From Camelus dromedarius (taxonomy: Eukaryota): a stretch of 64,000 nt of DNA. The first letter of the stretch is position 1. Each line of letters starts with the position of its first letter. Under the pieces are notes generated by a model. It ran no database searches. It was not told the DNA's origin and worked only from the letters and a program-made list of their open reading frames with translations. Positions 1 to 14,130 of this stretch are shown piece after piece. Where the stretch lies: NCBI RefSeq assembly GCF_036321535.1, contig NC_087436.1, forward strand, positions 64,730,001-64,794,000. Direction: 5' to 3'. A program made the position numbers and the translations under genes.

Positions 1-2019
1 CTATTATTCAAATAAAACCTTTAGGCATTGCATTTTTACATCATCATATGTTCTAACTTCCCATTCATTCTTAGTTTCTTACAGCTGGAATTATTTTATT
101 TAATTCAAACTCCATTTTCTTTTTTTTGTAAGTTAGATATATTAAATCTCATGTTTGTCTTTGGAATACTTCCGGTCTTTGAAAACTATAAGAATTTGTC
201 TAAAAATTAGTCCTATTTTCACTTTAGGGTTTCTTTCCTATTCATACCACTGCCTAATTCATCAAAAGAATAATTATTTTAAAATTCTGTATGTCTTATC
301 ATCTATTCTTCCAAATAAGAATCCATCATTATCATCTTTGGGATTCATTAAGAATAAATCATCCACCATACAGTGCAGAAATCTGTCTCAATAGTTTTTA
401 TTTTTTTTTAATCATCTCTAATATTCTGTTCTTGAACCAACTTGTTGCATCCTGTGTATCAGATTACTTGTTTAGATATCCCAGTGTGATTAACTTGGTT
501 ACTATTGAAATTTTTCTCCTTGGAATCAAGCAAGACCTTGGAAGATTTATCGATAATTTTCAACTCATGTAACCATTCTTACATATTCTCTTTGAGACTT
601 TGTTATTTGATCACCTCATCTCTTTAAAACCTTTTATTACATTTGTCCTTTGAATATCTATAGTTATGAAGATGTTTCCAAGTGTTCCCTGTACATTTGA
701 AAATATTTTTCTTCTGTTGACTTGCTTGCTCCAATGCTACACACCTATGCAAATCCAGAGTTCTTTGGAGCCAATACCCATAACCCCAGGACTACCAACC
801 ATCAAGTTTACTTCACCTGTGCCACTGTATACACAGGTAGGAGGTTTTTGAGAGCCTTAAGGTGATGGTTCATTACAGAGGGTTTCAAGGAAAGTTAACT
901 CTAATTCAAACCCAAGTTTCACAAACGCCACAGAAAGATTTGTTTATTTAAATATACACTGTTTGCACATACCTTGATGTCAGTCCTCAATCCCCAAGCT
1001 CCTCCCAGGCCACTGGAAATCTAATCCAAATTTCTAGTAGCTTCAACTTCCTAGTGATAGTAGAAACAATTCATAGCTATAGTAATCTTTCCCACCTGTA
1101 TCTCCTACCCATAATCCCTGCTGGCTAAACCACATTCTGAATCATTTAGATTAACGTTACCTGTAAAACTTGAGTTTGATCCCAAAATGAAGCATTTGGG
1201 GAGACATTTCTCTGGTGGTTCAGTTCATTGTTACACACATTTCCACTCTGTTTGCAGATTTATATAGAAATTGGGATACTTTCTGTAATTAAATTTTATT
1301 AGACTTTATCATCATGAATAATGTAATTGCATTTCCCATTTTTTTGAATTTAATAAATAGAACTGACATCAGAAATTTCAGTTTAAAATCAGATTTTGCT
1401 AGGTAGCTTCTACAAATATGGTATTGTTGTATGAATTGCAAAAAGATGCCCCTTCCCCCCCCCCCACCCCAAGCTGTGCATTGCAAAAATGTGCCCCATC
1501 TGAGTGGCAGAACTGGCAAAAAGGCACTTCTCCTTCTGAAACTATAACTTGGCTAGCATTGTGAGTTTTTATTTACCCCTGCCTCCAGTCCTCCTTCTCA
1601 TCAACCTCCCACACAAATTAATGCAATAGAGATTTTTACACATGGAGAATTGATCTGCAAAGCTATATATATTTAAGCCAAATTTAAGTGTTACATGACA
1701 GAATAATGTCTGATTTGTAGGTGTGTAGCACTTATTTGTTAATACTGACAAATTCTCCTTTCAAGGTTCAGATTTATGTTAATCTACACATGCATTCTCA
1801 GTAAATTTAAATAATTAGCAAAATTATGATGGCCTATGGCAACCTTGTCATAATTTTTAAGGGTAAATTTTAGTTCTCAGTGGCACAACTGTCTACTGAA
1901 AGTTGACCTCAACTGTTAGCAGCGTTGTTGATACAAAGGAGAAAAGTGCCATCAAATAGACGTTTGCAAATAGTCGAGTTACTTGTTGCAGTTTTGCCTA
2001 GCAGTTTTGTGAATGGAGT

Positions 2020-2150
2020 TTGGTAAATTGCTCAACTTCTCAGTGTCTGTGCAATAGAGATGTAAATAGTACCCACTTCAGAGGGGCCTTGAGTGGGCTG
2101 AGTTAGTATATGTTAATTGCTTACAACAGTGCCAGGAATATAATAAGTAC
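2020..2150 (+). mobile_element. MIR SINE, 3' part
   Basis: MIR-like core and tail (aacttctcagtgtctgtgcaatagagatg...gcttacaacagtgccaggaatataataagtac), recognised by eye; boundaries approximate. Confidence 0.65.

Positions 2151-2196
<46 letters not shown>
2151..2196. repeat. (TAT)n microsatellite, about 15 units, at the MIR tail
   Basis: Directly visible perfect tattattat... run. Confidence 0.95.
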
Positions 2197-5100
2197 TTAT
2201 TAAGAAGTTCACTTATATTTTCTAACAAATGAAAACTGGTCCTTGGCAGTGATTTCAAGTAATCAGATATTAAAATTCATCTTTCATTACTGAAGATTTC
2301 CTTTCCTTTTTTATTTTCTACTAATAGGTGGGAGGAATGATGTGGTTACCTGAATGTCAAAAGAAATAATAATTTACCTAAGATGATGTTCCCCTTGAGG
2401 CTAACAAAAAGAAATAAACTAATAAGACTTGAATTGTCTCTTTTAAATTAGAAATTAAATGCAAATTACATCTGCCTAGTTGTACTTCCACTTTTGATTT
2501 ATAACTATACTTCAGCATTGAAGAAATAAAAGTAAAATACTTCTTCTCCTTACCTGAGAGAACAATATAAGCAGACACTGGCTTCCTTTCCTCCAAGCCC
2601 CATCCTACCACTTCAGAAGCATAGCGAGCACTAGTTCAATTCAGACAACCGTGCTGAACACCCCGCTGTGTAGCAGAATAGGGATGTGATCCCTTCATTC
2701 CCTTTTTAAACTCATGTCTTCCCAGAGCCTGTATTGTCTTTCCCAGGAGGATGGTCACTGGGGCAGAAGAAACTTCACAGTAAATCACCTGCCATCTCAT
2801 TGATATTCAGGCTACTAAACATAGTTTGATTTTATGTTTGTAAGGAAAAATACAAATGAAAAAGTGTAAGTGGTGTTTCACTGCAGTTAATGATTCTGTG
2901 AATTAAAGCTACTCATTCACTCCACCTTATTAATGCCAGTAAATATAATTTGACTTATATGCATAAAATATATCATATCTCCCCCAAAACCTTGCCGTTT
3001 TGAATGATTATAAAATCATTGGTTGTAAATAGAAACCAGATCCTGATATAATCTGACATCTATTTGTGGAATTTTAGAAACAGTTAATGATATGCCTAAG
3101 AATAGTTGCATGACTAACAAATTAGGGTAGCCTGTGTAACAAATTACTTTTTGTTATGAACAAATATTGCAATGATATGAGTGCAAATACAAGAAGTAGC
3201 CTATGGCACGGACATGTTTTGCATTTGAGATTCACCTTTGTGTTCTTTATATTCTTGATTGTAAATGAGGCAACAGTATTTTCTGTGTTAATTTCTTTCC
3301 TTTGATGTGTCCTCAATAAAGACATAATCAGAAAATGTACAATAAAATAAGGAACTCCTCTGTTTTAGGAAAATCAGTTTAATACACAAAAGCAAAATAT
3401 GTACAGATTTTAAAAGTGAAATGCTGCATCAAATAGATAATTAAACACTGCTATTAATGTCCTGATTCCCAACTCAAGGAGACCAAATAATTTTCAGAAT
3501 GAACTCTTCTTGCAAAATGAAATATATTAAACATTGATTTCTAGTCAGTCAGGGGCAAATGTTCTTACTATAAGTTATTAGCAAGAACTGAAAAAAAAAA
3601 CTTAAAATGCTTGCCCTAGTAAGACCTTTTTATGTTTTGCTTTTAACTTTGTCTCTGTTACGAATTCTTCAAATCATTCAACCTCTGACAGCCAACTATA
3701 CAATAGTAAACATTCTTTTAATTTATTACTATTATTATAGCTTTCAAAGATCCCTTCACAAAGAGGGCTATTTATGTAGAGTAGGTTCCTCACTTTTATG
3801 GTTTATTATTCTATTGCCCTTATTGCCTTGTATATAGTTAACTGTATCTCTTACCTCTTTATTAAAAATCAAACAAACCATAGTGAGATACTTTGATAAC
3901 TTCTAAATATAGTGCTATAGAACATTTCCAGTTAGTTTTGGAATATTACTTTTGCTTTGTATAGGTTGCTGAGGATGTAATTCTAAACAGCATCTTTTTT
4001 TGAGAACTAAATGTGGATACTCCAGCTTATCTTCAGAAATGACTGGTATTCTTTTCTCTGATAGGACAATATGCCTCTTTATAATCTTGATCAGTTTGCG
4101 ATGTCTGCTTTAGTGTGTATGGCTGTCATTTACCTATTTTACACTGCTCGTTATTTGTTATCCATTATCTTATGTCCATCAAGAACCTGGGTTTCTTGGT
4201 AGCTTGTCCAAAATCATATGGCTAATAAAGATGAAATCTAGATTCCGAACAAGATCTTTCTGATCAAAAAGCCCTACTTACAGTAATAAAAATGTTCACT
4301 CTTTTCTTATGATGATAGTTTTTCATGAAGCTTGCTGAAGATTAGAATTAAGATATTTTCCAAGAATGTATTTCAGAGTGATTTTTATCACCTTATATGG
4401 AAATAAGATATTCTTAAAGCACAATTATTCACATCTTTATTTCTTAATTTCCTTGATGTGCTGTTCATTTCTTTCTACTTTATTTTCTTCAAAGTATAGT
4501 TCTTTAGTGTGGATCCATCCTATTCATTTAGGGAAAGGAAAGCTTTAGAATATTCTGAATATATGGGGAGATAAATTGACCAGTTACATTTCTTTTACAA
4601 AGCTATTCATTATGGAATAGGCTGAATATACTATACATAACTGTCCAATTGTGGGACTTAAGTTGCAAGAATTTTATAATCCTTCTTCTCTCCTGGAAGT
4701 TCCCAAATACCAAAAAACTCAAGATGTTTTATTAGATACTTTTATCTTGAATTTTCCATTTTTTGTATTTTAGTAAAAGGATGAACATTTTGGTCAGAGC
4801 AAAGATTGTGTTAAAAAATCAGGTACATAGTTTTTGCCTGTAATCATTTAGTAATAGAACCAAAGATACAACTTTCCAAAATCTTTGTGCTCCTGAATTT
4901 CATATTCCTTGAAACTGTCCTCTCTCCGGACAATGTAATAATGCCTCGAACAAGTAGGAAATCTATTTGAGTTGACTTCAGATAGGTAGTGATAATATTA
5001 TAAATTAAACTTATAACTTTTATATGCCACTTCCAGTTTTAATAAAAACTATGAAATGTCTTATATTCAAAATTTAGAAACAAGCAAAACCAGATTGTAC

Positions 5101-6529
5101 CTCTCACTTGGAAAAATATTCCTACTGTATTATAAACATAAAGGTTGTGATGATATAAATACAGTATATAATATACAAAGTTGACTTACAGAGAAATCAC
5201 TTTTTGAAATTATTTTTTTCTAAGAAATAGATTATATTAACCTGTATGTTGTATCTTGAAAGTGAAAGTGGCCCTATTAGGAAAAAAGGATACTTAAGTT
5301 GCCCTCACTGGTAATTGTGTAGTATCCAAGTAAAACAGCCCCTGCTGGAGGCTTGCACTTGCATAGTTCAACCTTACATACTGCACACCATGTAAAAGTA
5401 AGTGTTTATGTGATACCCTCCTATGATCTCCATAATAGGTTTTCCTCATAATTTATTATTAAGGAGTGTGGGTGCTTCAAAAACTAGGACAAGTTACCAC
5501 CACATTCATAGAAAGTAATTTACAACCTCAGAAAATCACTGGAGAATTAAGAAGGATTTAGGATGATATACAGATTGAAGGAAGAGAATTAGTCTTGATG
5601 TAGAAAAATAGAAACAGTACGTTTCCTGAAACAACCTCAGTCTCAACAGAGCAGAGCTGATTATGATTATATGACAAAATAAGCCTTCTCTGAACAGCAT
5701 CATCAAGACTTTTTATTCATAGATACCTTGTTTTAATTCATACCTACTTTTCTCAGGCATACTTTTTTCAAATAAAGTTTCGAATTTAAAATTCTGGTTT
5801 AAGCCAGGATAGACTTTCTGCATGTGAGCTCATATAATTTGCACGATATAAGAAAATACACCAATACAGAGCAGAGAATTATGCAGAAAGTTTTATTTTC
5901 TTCAAATTGGTAAAATATTTTATATTTTTAAATAGTTATTATAATTTATTTGTTCTGAGGTTTCTTTTATTCAGCAAAAGTGCAAACTAGTGTGTGATTT
6001 ACAAATAAATACAGCTATGGGAATGCCTACATACCACGTACTACATACTAATTCTTACTGAAAAGAACTGTGGTTTACTTCCATTTATCCTGTGGTTAAG
6101 TGCATGGCCCATTATCTTTAGGCTCAGTATTCTTTGTTTTGAATACTATACCATTGTATTTAAAATGCCCAAGTTAAAAGCACACAGAAATACATGCCTT
6201 TGAACACAAAAGATGAGTTTTCCAGATGAATGACTGAGTAGTATAGTTCATCATTTCCACTGTAGACCAGCCACTTCCTATATTGTGAAGCAAAGATTCA
6301 TCGAGAATTCTGAGTTGCAATCCACAGTCAGAAAACCAAAGATCTCTGAGCAGCTCTGTAATTATGGAAAAAAATAACAGTGAATATCTAATGGCATCAG
6401 TTTCTTCATACGCAATGCAACTGGGTTGTGTTGCATTTCATGGCAAAAAAAAAAAAATATGTGTTGTGTGTGTATGTATATATAAAATACTTTAAAGCTT
6501 AGAAGAAGATATATCTTAGATTTTAGGCT

Positions 6530-7140
6530 AAAGAAGGGATTCTTAAAAAACAAAATAACAAAATAAGAAAGATCATAAACTGTAAGAAAACTACAGAAAA
6601 GATTCTTATCTCAAAATTTAAACAGTACTCAAAACAGGTGAGCTACTGGAAGGAAGTAAAACAACACGTGTAATGTTAGTGACTACATTGTACAAAGAAT
6701 GTCTACAAATCAATAAATAAAATTCAGTAACCTAAAATGTATCTGGGCAAAAGATAGGAACAGGCAATTCACAGAATGGGAAACCCTTACAGCCAATAAA
6801 CAAACGAAAAGTTACACCATCTCTCTGGTAGTCAGGAAAATGCAAAGTGTAACAGTAATAAGAGATTTTTCATACTCAGTCAAATTGGCAAAATCAGTCT
6901 GACAATACCAAGCCCTAGCGAGAATTTAAGAAATATACAGTTTGTGGAAGTGTGAATTGATACAAACACATCTGATAGCATTTTGGCAATATATTGTAAA
7001 TTGAAAACGTGGACAACATATGACCCAGTAATCTGACTTATAAGTATTGATTGTAGAAAAACTCATGTATCTGGGCAAGAAGACACGTATAAAGCTAATT
7101 AGTGCAAAATAAGAGAGACTAGAATAGGTAATTTCTAGGG
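6530..7140 (+). mobile_element. Ancient L1 (L1M-type) fragment, ORF2 3' region
   Basis: Degenerate L1 motifs: tgggcaaaagataggaacaggcaattcacagaa, gaaaatgcaaag, caaattggcaaaatcagtctgacaataccaag. Confidence 0.7.
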
Positions 7141-8044
7141 TTCCCAATTCTAAAGCTCTGAATTTATATATTAAAATACGGGCAATACCTCTGCATCCAG
7201 AATACTTTGTTTTATACTGAGCTAACAATAATGCAGTCTGTACTCTGGAGAAAAGTTGTCATTGAAACCCATATTAATATATTCCCAGTGAATGAATTAG
7301 CTATTAAAAGAAGCTAAAGTATCTCTGAACCATTTGAAAGAAATTTAATAGGCAGGTTGATTAAAATTTAATAGCAAACTTGTTGGCTATTAAAAGTGCA
7401 CAGTGTGATAAATCAAGATGTCAGCTCTTCAATTTATGACTTTAGAAAAAATGATGAAAGAGCTCTTGGCTTTCAATAAAACATTTTGTCTTTAACACTT
7501 TGTAATTTCATTAATTGTGTGGATAAAAGCAGTAAAAATATAAAAGTATGGTTTCTGTGGCTTTAAAATTTGTTTCATACAACTTTTAAGGATAGCATGC
7601 AGTTTTTTTAGTTTTATTTTTTATTATAAACAACTTGGTCCTGATTAATATGGCTGTCTCTGTTTTATAAAGTAGCCCTTTAAATTGAGCTAATCATTGC
7701 TTACACCCTCTGTAGATTGCGTGTGTGTTGAAATTGTTTTGTTACACAGAAAAGCAAAAAATAGGAAACAAAATATTTAAAATAGAAAATACCTATTGAA
7801 TCAGTTCTCCATAGTTCTAGAAGTCTCTTTTCTCTATTTACTTTTATTTTTCTTTATTTATATTATGTAAATTAACACATGAATATGAAAATAAAATAAT
7901 TGGGCATTACAGAAAAGCATATGAGAAAAAGTAATACAATTCTATTAAGCCTCTAGTAAAATTTTGCTTAAACATATTTTTGGAAGATGATTAAAAATAT
8001 GTTTGAGAATCACTGATTTAAATGTGTTTAAGTAAAACTACCAA

Positions 8045-8165
8045 AGCCATGTGTGACATTGAATAAATTATGAGTGTCTCTGGACCTGTGTTTCTTTATG
8101 TATTGAGTGATGATGGTAGACAATTTTAGAATCTTATTTCGTTGTAAATTCTGAGCTATAGCCTT
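8045..8165 (+). mobile_element. MIR fragment
   Basis: tgtgtgacattgaataaattatgagtgtctctggacctgtgtttc resembles the MIR core. Confidence 0.5.
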
Positions 8166-8378
8166 CCTCCATTGTGTTATATTGCAATTGATTAGGTGAT
8201 ACTTACATATCTAAGATATTTTGGCTACTTTTGATTCACTTTTTCCTCTTTTCTTATTTATATTATAATTACTTACTAAAGAAAGAGATACATCTTTTTC
8301 CTTTATACCACTTTTCTTAACTCTTTGAAAAAGAAATAAAAGCCACAGAATCCTTTCACCAGAAAGAAATGAAGGGGG

Positions 8379-8416
8379 GTGTGTGTGTCTGTGTGTGTCT
8401 GTGTGTCTGTGTTTGT
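8379..8416. repeat. Imperfect (GT)n/(GTGTCT)n simple repeat
   Basis: Directly visible. Confidence 0.8.
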
Positions 8417-10124
8417 GCACAACTGAGCGCACATAGACCTAAAGCATTTTACACACAATTTTAAGGGTTCCACAGTTTCATAGACACCATCTCCTGTGAA
8501 AGACTCCTTGCCTTATACTGAAGTTAGTATTCTAATTCTATAGAAAATACCATCGTACATGAAAGTATTTTTACTTGTACAAAATGAACTCTCCATTTGG
8601 GGCCAAAATTAATGTCTGAAGGCAGAAGCACAAAGGCATCACTCAGTTGTAACTCTGCTTTGTATATAACTCTGACTTGCATACATCAGCCAACATATAT
8701 AGTGGAAATGACTTCATAAAAGAAAAATATGTCAAACCAAGGGAGAGAGAACGATGAGGGAATCGAATGGAGGATGAGGCACATTAAGGAAGAAAGAATC
8801 ATCTGGGTAGAACTCTTTTTTGAAATAAAATAAACAGAACACTTACCATTCCATATATTTATACATTAGAATTTGAAAATTGAGGTGTATTGGCACATGA
8901 CTGTTAAAGTATGCTTGTATTCAGTTGTTTCATTAGATCACCATTAGATCTTGAATTATAAAACATCACCCGTTCAATATGATCAAATAAGAATGTAAGT
9001 ACATTTTTTAAAAAATGAAGTGTGGGGCAAAGCAGCATGACATTTCAGTTTATTTTAAGAGCTTTTCCGTATACTTTTGTTAGCCTGCTGTCAAGAAGAA
9101 ATGGTGTTTGAATTAAGTTTCTGAATGATATAATATAGATTCAAGTGAGATCCAGCTCTCATCTTTTTCGAATCTGTTCTTCACAATTTCAAAGCACACA
9201 GATCTGCCGTAGATTTTCAGTCCTCAGTCACATGTATCACACTGAACTGGCCTGGGCAATGCTGTCATTCAGGGAGTCCCAATAGTCATAAACACCTGTT
9301 TGATTTTCAAAATGAAAGAAATGTAACAGTTTTGTGGTAAAACTGTACGTTTGAAAAGAGTATACTCATTATTCCATTCAAATTTCATTCATTCACAAAT
9401 TTATATCAACCTCAATCTTCAGATGTAAGGTTAAAAAAAGAGAAAAAAACCCTCTTTTTAAAATGACTCTCTCTTTGATTTTATACTTAATCTTTTTCAG
9501 TAGCTTAAAAGTCTGATTTACAAAAATTTGTCAGAAAAACTTCCCTAAGTTTTTCAGTATGTAATATGAAAATTCTGTTTGTTTTCTATCACGCTTTCGC
9601 CAGAAATAAAGATTTTGTTCTTGGTCCTCTGTTGACAGCCTTGTTGATGATTCACATATGCTGAAATTCAATGTTAATTCTTTTTCCATGCTTTTTTTAA
9701 AGAGCTAACCCTTGTTTCTGATAGCAAGTAAGCAGGTTGACTAGACTGTAGCCAGGATTTTGAGAGTCAGGGAATTAGAGAACAGCTATTTTTACCTAGC
9801 CATCTTGAGCTTTTTTACCTTATTTGAGTTTTTTATTTTGAGTCATGGCAGGTTGTGTTGTTTTTTTCCCCTCTAATTTATTATCTGCAGCTAGTATTCA
9901 GGTAGCATTTTGTATTTCCAAATAGTTATATGAGTATTTATCTTTGCTTTAAAAGTTTCAGTGTTATGGTCCCTGGCATAGTGTTAAAAGAAAGTAAATC
10001 ACGTTAGGTATTAGACAAATGGCACTCTTTAAAAATTTACTCAAATTATAAAACTGCTCATAATCGATAAAATAACTTGGTTTTAGTTTTCATACTTTCA
10101 AAATGCTGTAGATGTCACATAAAT

Positions 10125-10240
10125 TTTTTATTAATTAAGCAAATAATTATTGAGCTCTAAGAACTGTTCTAGACATGTGGTATAGAACAGTGAAAAAATC
10201 CTATGTATTCCCTGTTTTCCTGGGGTTTACATCCCAGTGA
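10125..10240 (-). mobile_element. L2 LINE 3' end fragment
   Basis: caaataattattgagctc...ctgttctagacatgtgg...aacagtgaa...cctggggtttacatcccagtg resembles the reverse-complement L2 3' terminus. Confidence 0.55.
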
Positions 10241-11884
10241 CATTGGTACATAAATGTTCTTTTCACATACATTGCACTGTAACTATCTTCCCCTTCTACT
10301 TACCCACCAACGTCAACTTATTTGTGTCTTCAAACTGACTAACCAGTAAGCTTAACTATTCAGCTGAAAAGCTGTGACAGATGGTCTGTAAACACTGATC
10401 TTCTGGGAAGTCTTCAGCAATTTCACAGCTATTAGAAGGGAACTTAACAAATCAGAAGTTAGTTGGAGGGAAGAGGAAGAGACAGGATGGACAGAACCTT
10501 GGAAAATCGTATCAGAATTCAAAGTGACCCGAGTAAATTGGAGAGACAACCAGAAGCAAACAGAATAGACTTGGGCAAACGACAAGTGAAATGCAGTGCA
10601 GCTACAGGGAAAAGACAAAAGTGTGCAATTAAAAGGTGAAGGAGGACAGGTTCTTTGCAGGTTTTAGGTAAGAAATCTAGGCATTGGCAACAATTGAGGT
10701 TTTTTTTAAGCACAGTCATTGCTATCTTTCAGAAGTATAACTGAAATGCCTAAATGTGAGTGGATACTGTAGGTAACACCTTCTAGGAAAATTGCACTTG
10801 TTTGGGATGGCGACAGGAAAAATGGCCTCTTGGGGTCACGCCAAGCCATGACTGTCCATGAAAAAGTATTAACTTTTTACACTAAGTGAATCAAAGGAGG
10901 GATAATTGTTCGATTATTCAGACATCTCCTTCATTCTTTCAAACCGGCAAACCCATAGAGCTTATTCATAACCTTATACTCTTGGCAAAATATTAATCAG
11001 CAAACTCCACATCCTATTCTGTAGTTCCTGTTACTGGGCCCTCACCTGTGTTATAAATCTCCACTTTTAGGACTAAAGTTAGTTTCAGTGTTGCTAGTTA
11101 CATTGGTTTCAAATGGTGCAGGAGGAATAAAAGTGAATGATAGTAAGAAAGCAACTTAATTTAAATAGTGATTCTTTTTCTGTCATGAAAAATCATCCTT
11201 AATACCAAAGATAAAGAGGAAATTGGTTTTATTGTTATGTTTAAACAATTTTAGGTTTATATGTTTTTAGGTTTAACAGCAGGTGGTTCTCCAATCAGGT
11301 CACTCATTACAACTGTGTATTATTAGTACAGCCGCACTAATTCTGATACAAATGGCTGATTCTGGATTGCATGCGATCTGAGGAAGCAACTTACCAGAGC
11401 CACATGGCAGAGAGTGAATGTTGTTCCATTTCACCAATATTGTGTCATAATACAGCCATAACCTAATCCATTTCTATTGTTGCTGGCCTTTCCAGCCTAG
11501 CAGAAATTGATGATAAATAAGTGAACTTTAAAACTCTGTCTTCCTACATTAGTAGGTTTCACTGATTAAAGGGCTTTAAAGTGCATTCAAAAATTAGAAA
11601 AACACTAAGAAAAGCTGAAAAGGAACTTTATGTTAGGAAAGTATAACCACATAGATTATACAAATTTGGAAAGCTTCATTAGAATTCCATTGTGGAACTC
11701 CATTTTTGTATGATTAAACTTTTTTTTGTTCTTATATTATTTGCTTTTTAATAACCTAAATGCTAAGCAGAAACCAAAATATTGAATCACCTGCTTCTTG
11801 CTTACGCTTGATTCTTCCCAACTCAATTGTTTCCTTATGCTAAAGTATAGGTCATTTTTTAAGTTAAATTATTTTATCATTTAT

Positions 11885-12047
11885 TTTTTAAATTGAGATA
11901 AATTGACGTATAACATTATGTTAGTTTTGGGTACATAGCATAACTCAGTATTTGTATATATTGTGAAATGGTCACCACAATGAGTCTAGTTAACATTCAT
12001 CACCATAGCTAGTTATATATTTTTTTCTTTTGATGAGAACTTGTAAG
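11885..12047 (-). mobile_element. L1 (L1MA-like) extreme 3' end
   Basis: ttttaaattgagataaattgacgtataacattatgttag...tattgtgaaatggtcaccacaatgagtctagttaacattcatcacc is a typical antisense L1MA 3'UTR terminus. Confidence 0.75.
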
Positions 12048-13074
12048 CAGATCATCTTCTTCTACATCAGCATAGGAAAAAAACAAAAGAATATTTTCTT
12101 TGATAAGCTATATGAAGCAAGGAAGAATGTGGTTTGCCATCTTCCCAGCCTGCTGTTTGTTTTCCAATTAGTTTAAATTAAATAATGTGTAGAAATGAAG
12201 AAAAGTGTATGGAGATACAGTTATAAGTCCCAGCCATAAAGATCTTATCCTTACTTGGTCTGCGAGGGAGTGTAAAGAGTTTGAGCAATTTTATATTTTT
12301 AAGGTTTTACCCCAGTTCATTTTAAGTTGCTTACACCTTTCATTTTCTACTTAAATACTTATTTACAGTAACTTTAGAAAGGAATTACTTGTATTAGAAG
12401 ACCAGCTTCCCTTTTTTACTTGAAAAAAGGCTACAGTAACAACTAGTAGGTAGCGAGTATGATTTACAGGTGTTTTGCTTTTTAAAAATGTTGTGCCAAC
12501 CAAGTCCTGTCTCAAACAATTAATCTTAAAGATGTTCTATAACAACAATATCCATATTTAAGATTTACAGTGTTTGTTTCTTATCTGAAAGGCACTATAG
12601 CGAACTCTTTCTAGCTTTTGTTACTAATGTACTATATATTTAATTCATCAGTGGGAAATAATATCCTGATATACCCATTTATATGATAAATTCAAGTTCA
12701 GTCATGTCACCATGTAAAGACTTTTAAATATATATGATGTACAATTTCAGCAAATATTCATTGATCACATAGTAAGTGAAAACTTCTGTGATGGCTCTAT
12801 GCTAGTTCTTTGCAGAATGTGTAGGATGAAAACATATATGGCATATTTCCTGAAAGAACTGAAACATTCTAGCTCTAGAGATCTGACAAGCTTTATTGTC
12901 CTTTAAACAAGTGTTCAGGTTCCCAAGTTTGAGGTTAAAATATTTATGACACTTAATTTAGAGCCATGATTAAGAAAAAATTTAAATTGCCATGGCAAAG
13001 TTTTCCCTTTTCATTTTTTTTAACATTTCTATGAGTCACTAAATGTTTCTGCTTTACTCATTCAATATAAATTA

Positions 13075-13483
13075 CTTGTTACTTTGAAATAATTGTAGCT
13101 TCACTTGCAATTGTATGAAATCATGTACCTTTTACCCCATTTCCCTCAATAATATCTTGTAAAACTTCACTACAGTGTCACAGCCAGAATATTGACTTGA
13201 TACAACCCACTAACTTTGTTCGTATCTTCAATTTTATTTATATTTAATTGTATTTGTGTTTGTTTGTGTTTATGTGTGTGTGTGTTTAGTTCAGTACAAC
13301 TCTATCACAAGAGCAGGTTTGTGTATACAGCACCATAGACAAGATAAGAGTAGTTTCATCACAGGATGCCTCATGTTACCCTTTTATGACCATCCCACTC
13401 CCCTCCTCTTTGCATTTTTAAACCCTGGCAACCACTGATCTGTTCTCCATTCCCGTAATTCTGTCATTTCAAGAATGTTTTAT

Positions 13484-13531
<48 letters not shown>

Positions 13532-14130
13532 GGAATCATTCAGTATATAACCTTTTGAATTGTCTCTTTTACTCAGTATAATTCTCTAGAAATTCATCCA
13601 GGTTATTATGTGTATTGATAGTTGTTCCTTTTTATTGCTGAGTAGTATTCCATAGTATGGATGTGTCACAGGCTATTTAACCATCCACCAGTTGAAAGAC
13701 ATCTGTGCTTTTTCTCATTAGGGGCTATTATAAACAAAGCTGCCTTGAACATTCATGTATAGGCTTTTGTGTGATCATAAATTTCCAGTTCTCTGGGATA
13801 AATGTCCAAAAGTACAGTTGCTGGGTGGTATGGTAATTGCACACTTAGTTTTATAAGAAACGGATGAAGTGTTTTTCAGAGTAGCTGTACCATCTCATAT
13901 TTCTAACAGCAAAGTATGAGTGATTTTGTTTCTCTTCATCCATGCCAGCATTTCATGTCATCATAATTTTTATTTTAAGTGTGTAATAATATCTCACTAC
14001 GGTTTTAATCTGTATTTCCTTCATGGCTAATAATAGTTCTTTTCATGAGCTTATTTGCCACGTGTATACCCTCTTCCATGAAATGTCTGTTTATACCTTT
14101 GGCCCATTTTCTAATTGTTTTTTCTAATCG
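13075..14130 (-). mobile_element. Old L1 (L1MB/L1MC-like) 3'UTR and ORF2 end
   Basis: aaccctggcaaccactgatctgttctcc, ttttattgctgagtagtattccatagtatggatgtg, tttcatgagcttatttgcc...gaaatgtctgtt. Confidence 0.85.
13481..13531. repeat. (TA)n microsatellite with two interruptions, inside the L1
   Basis: Directly visible; 13486-13531 is a perfect palindrome. Confidence 0.95.

Noticed and set aside
28..851. Cluster of short + strand ORFs at the window start
   Set aside because: Low-complexity F/L/I-rich translations typical of AT-rich DNA. Possibly a decayed ancient LINE, but I cannot assign it.
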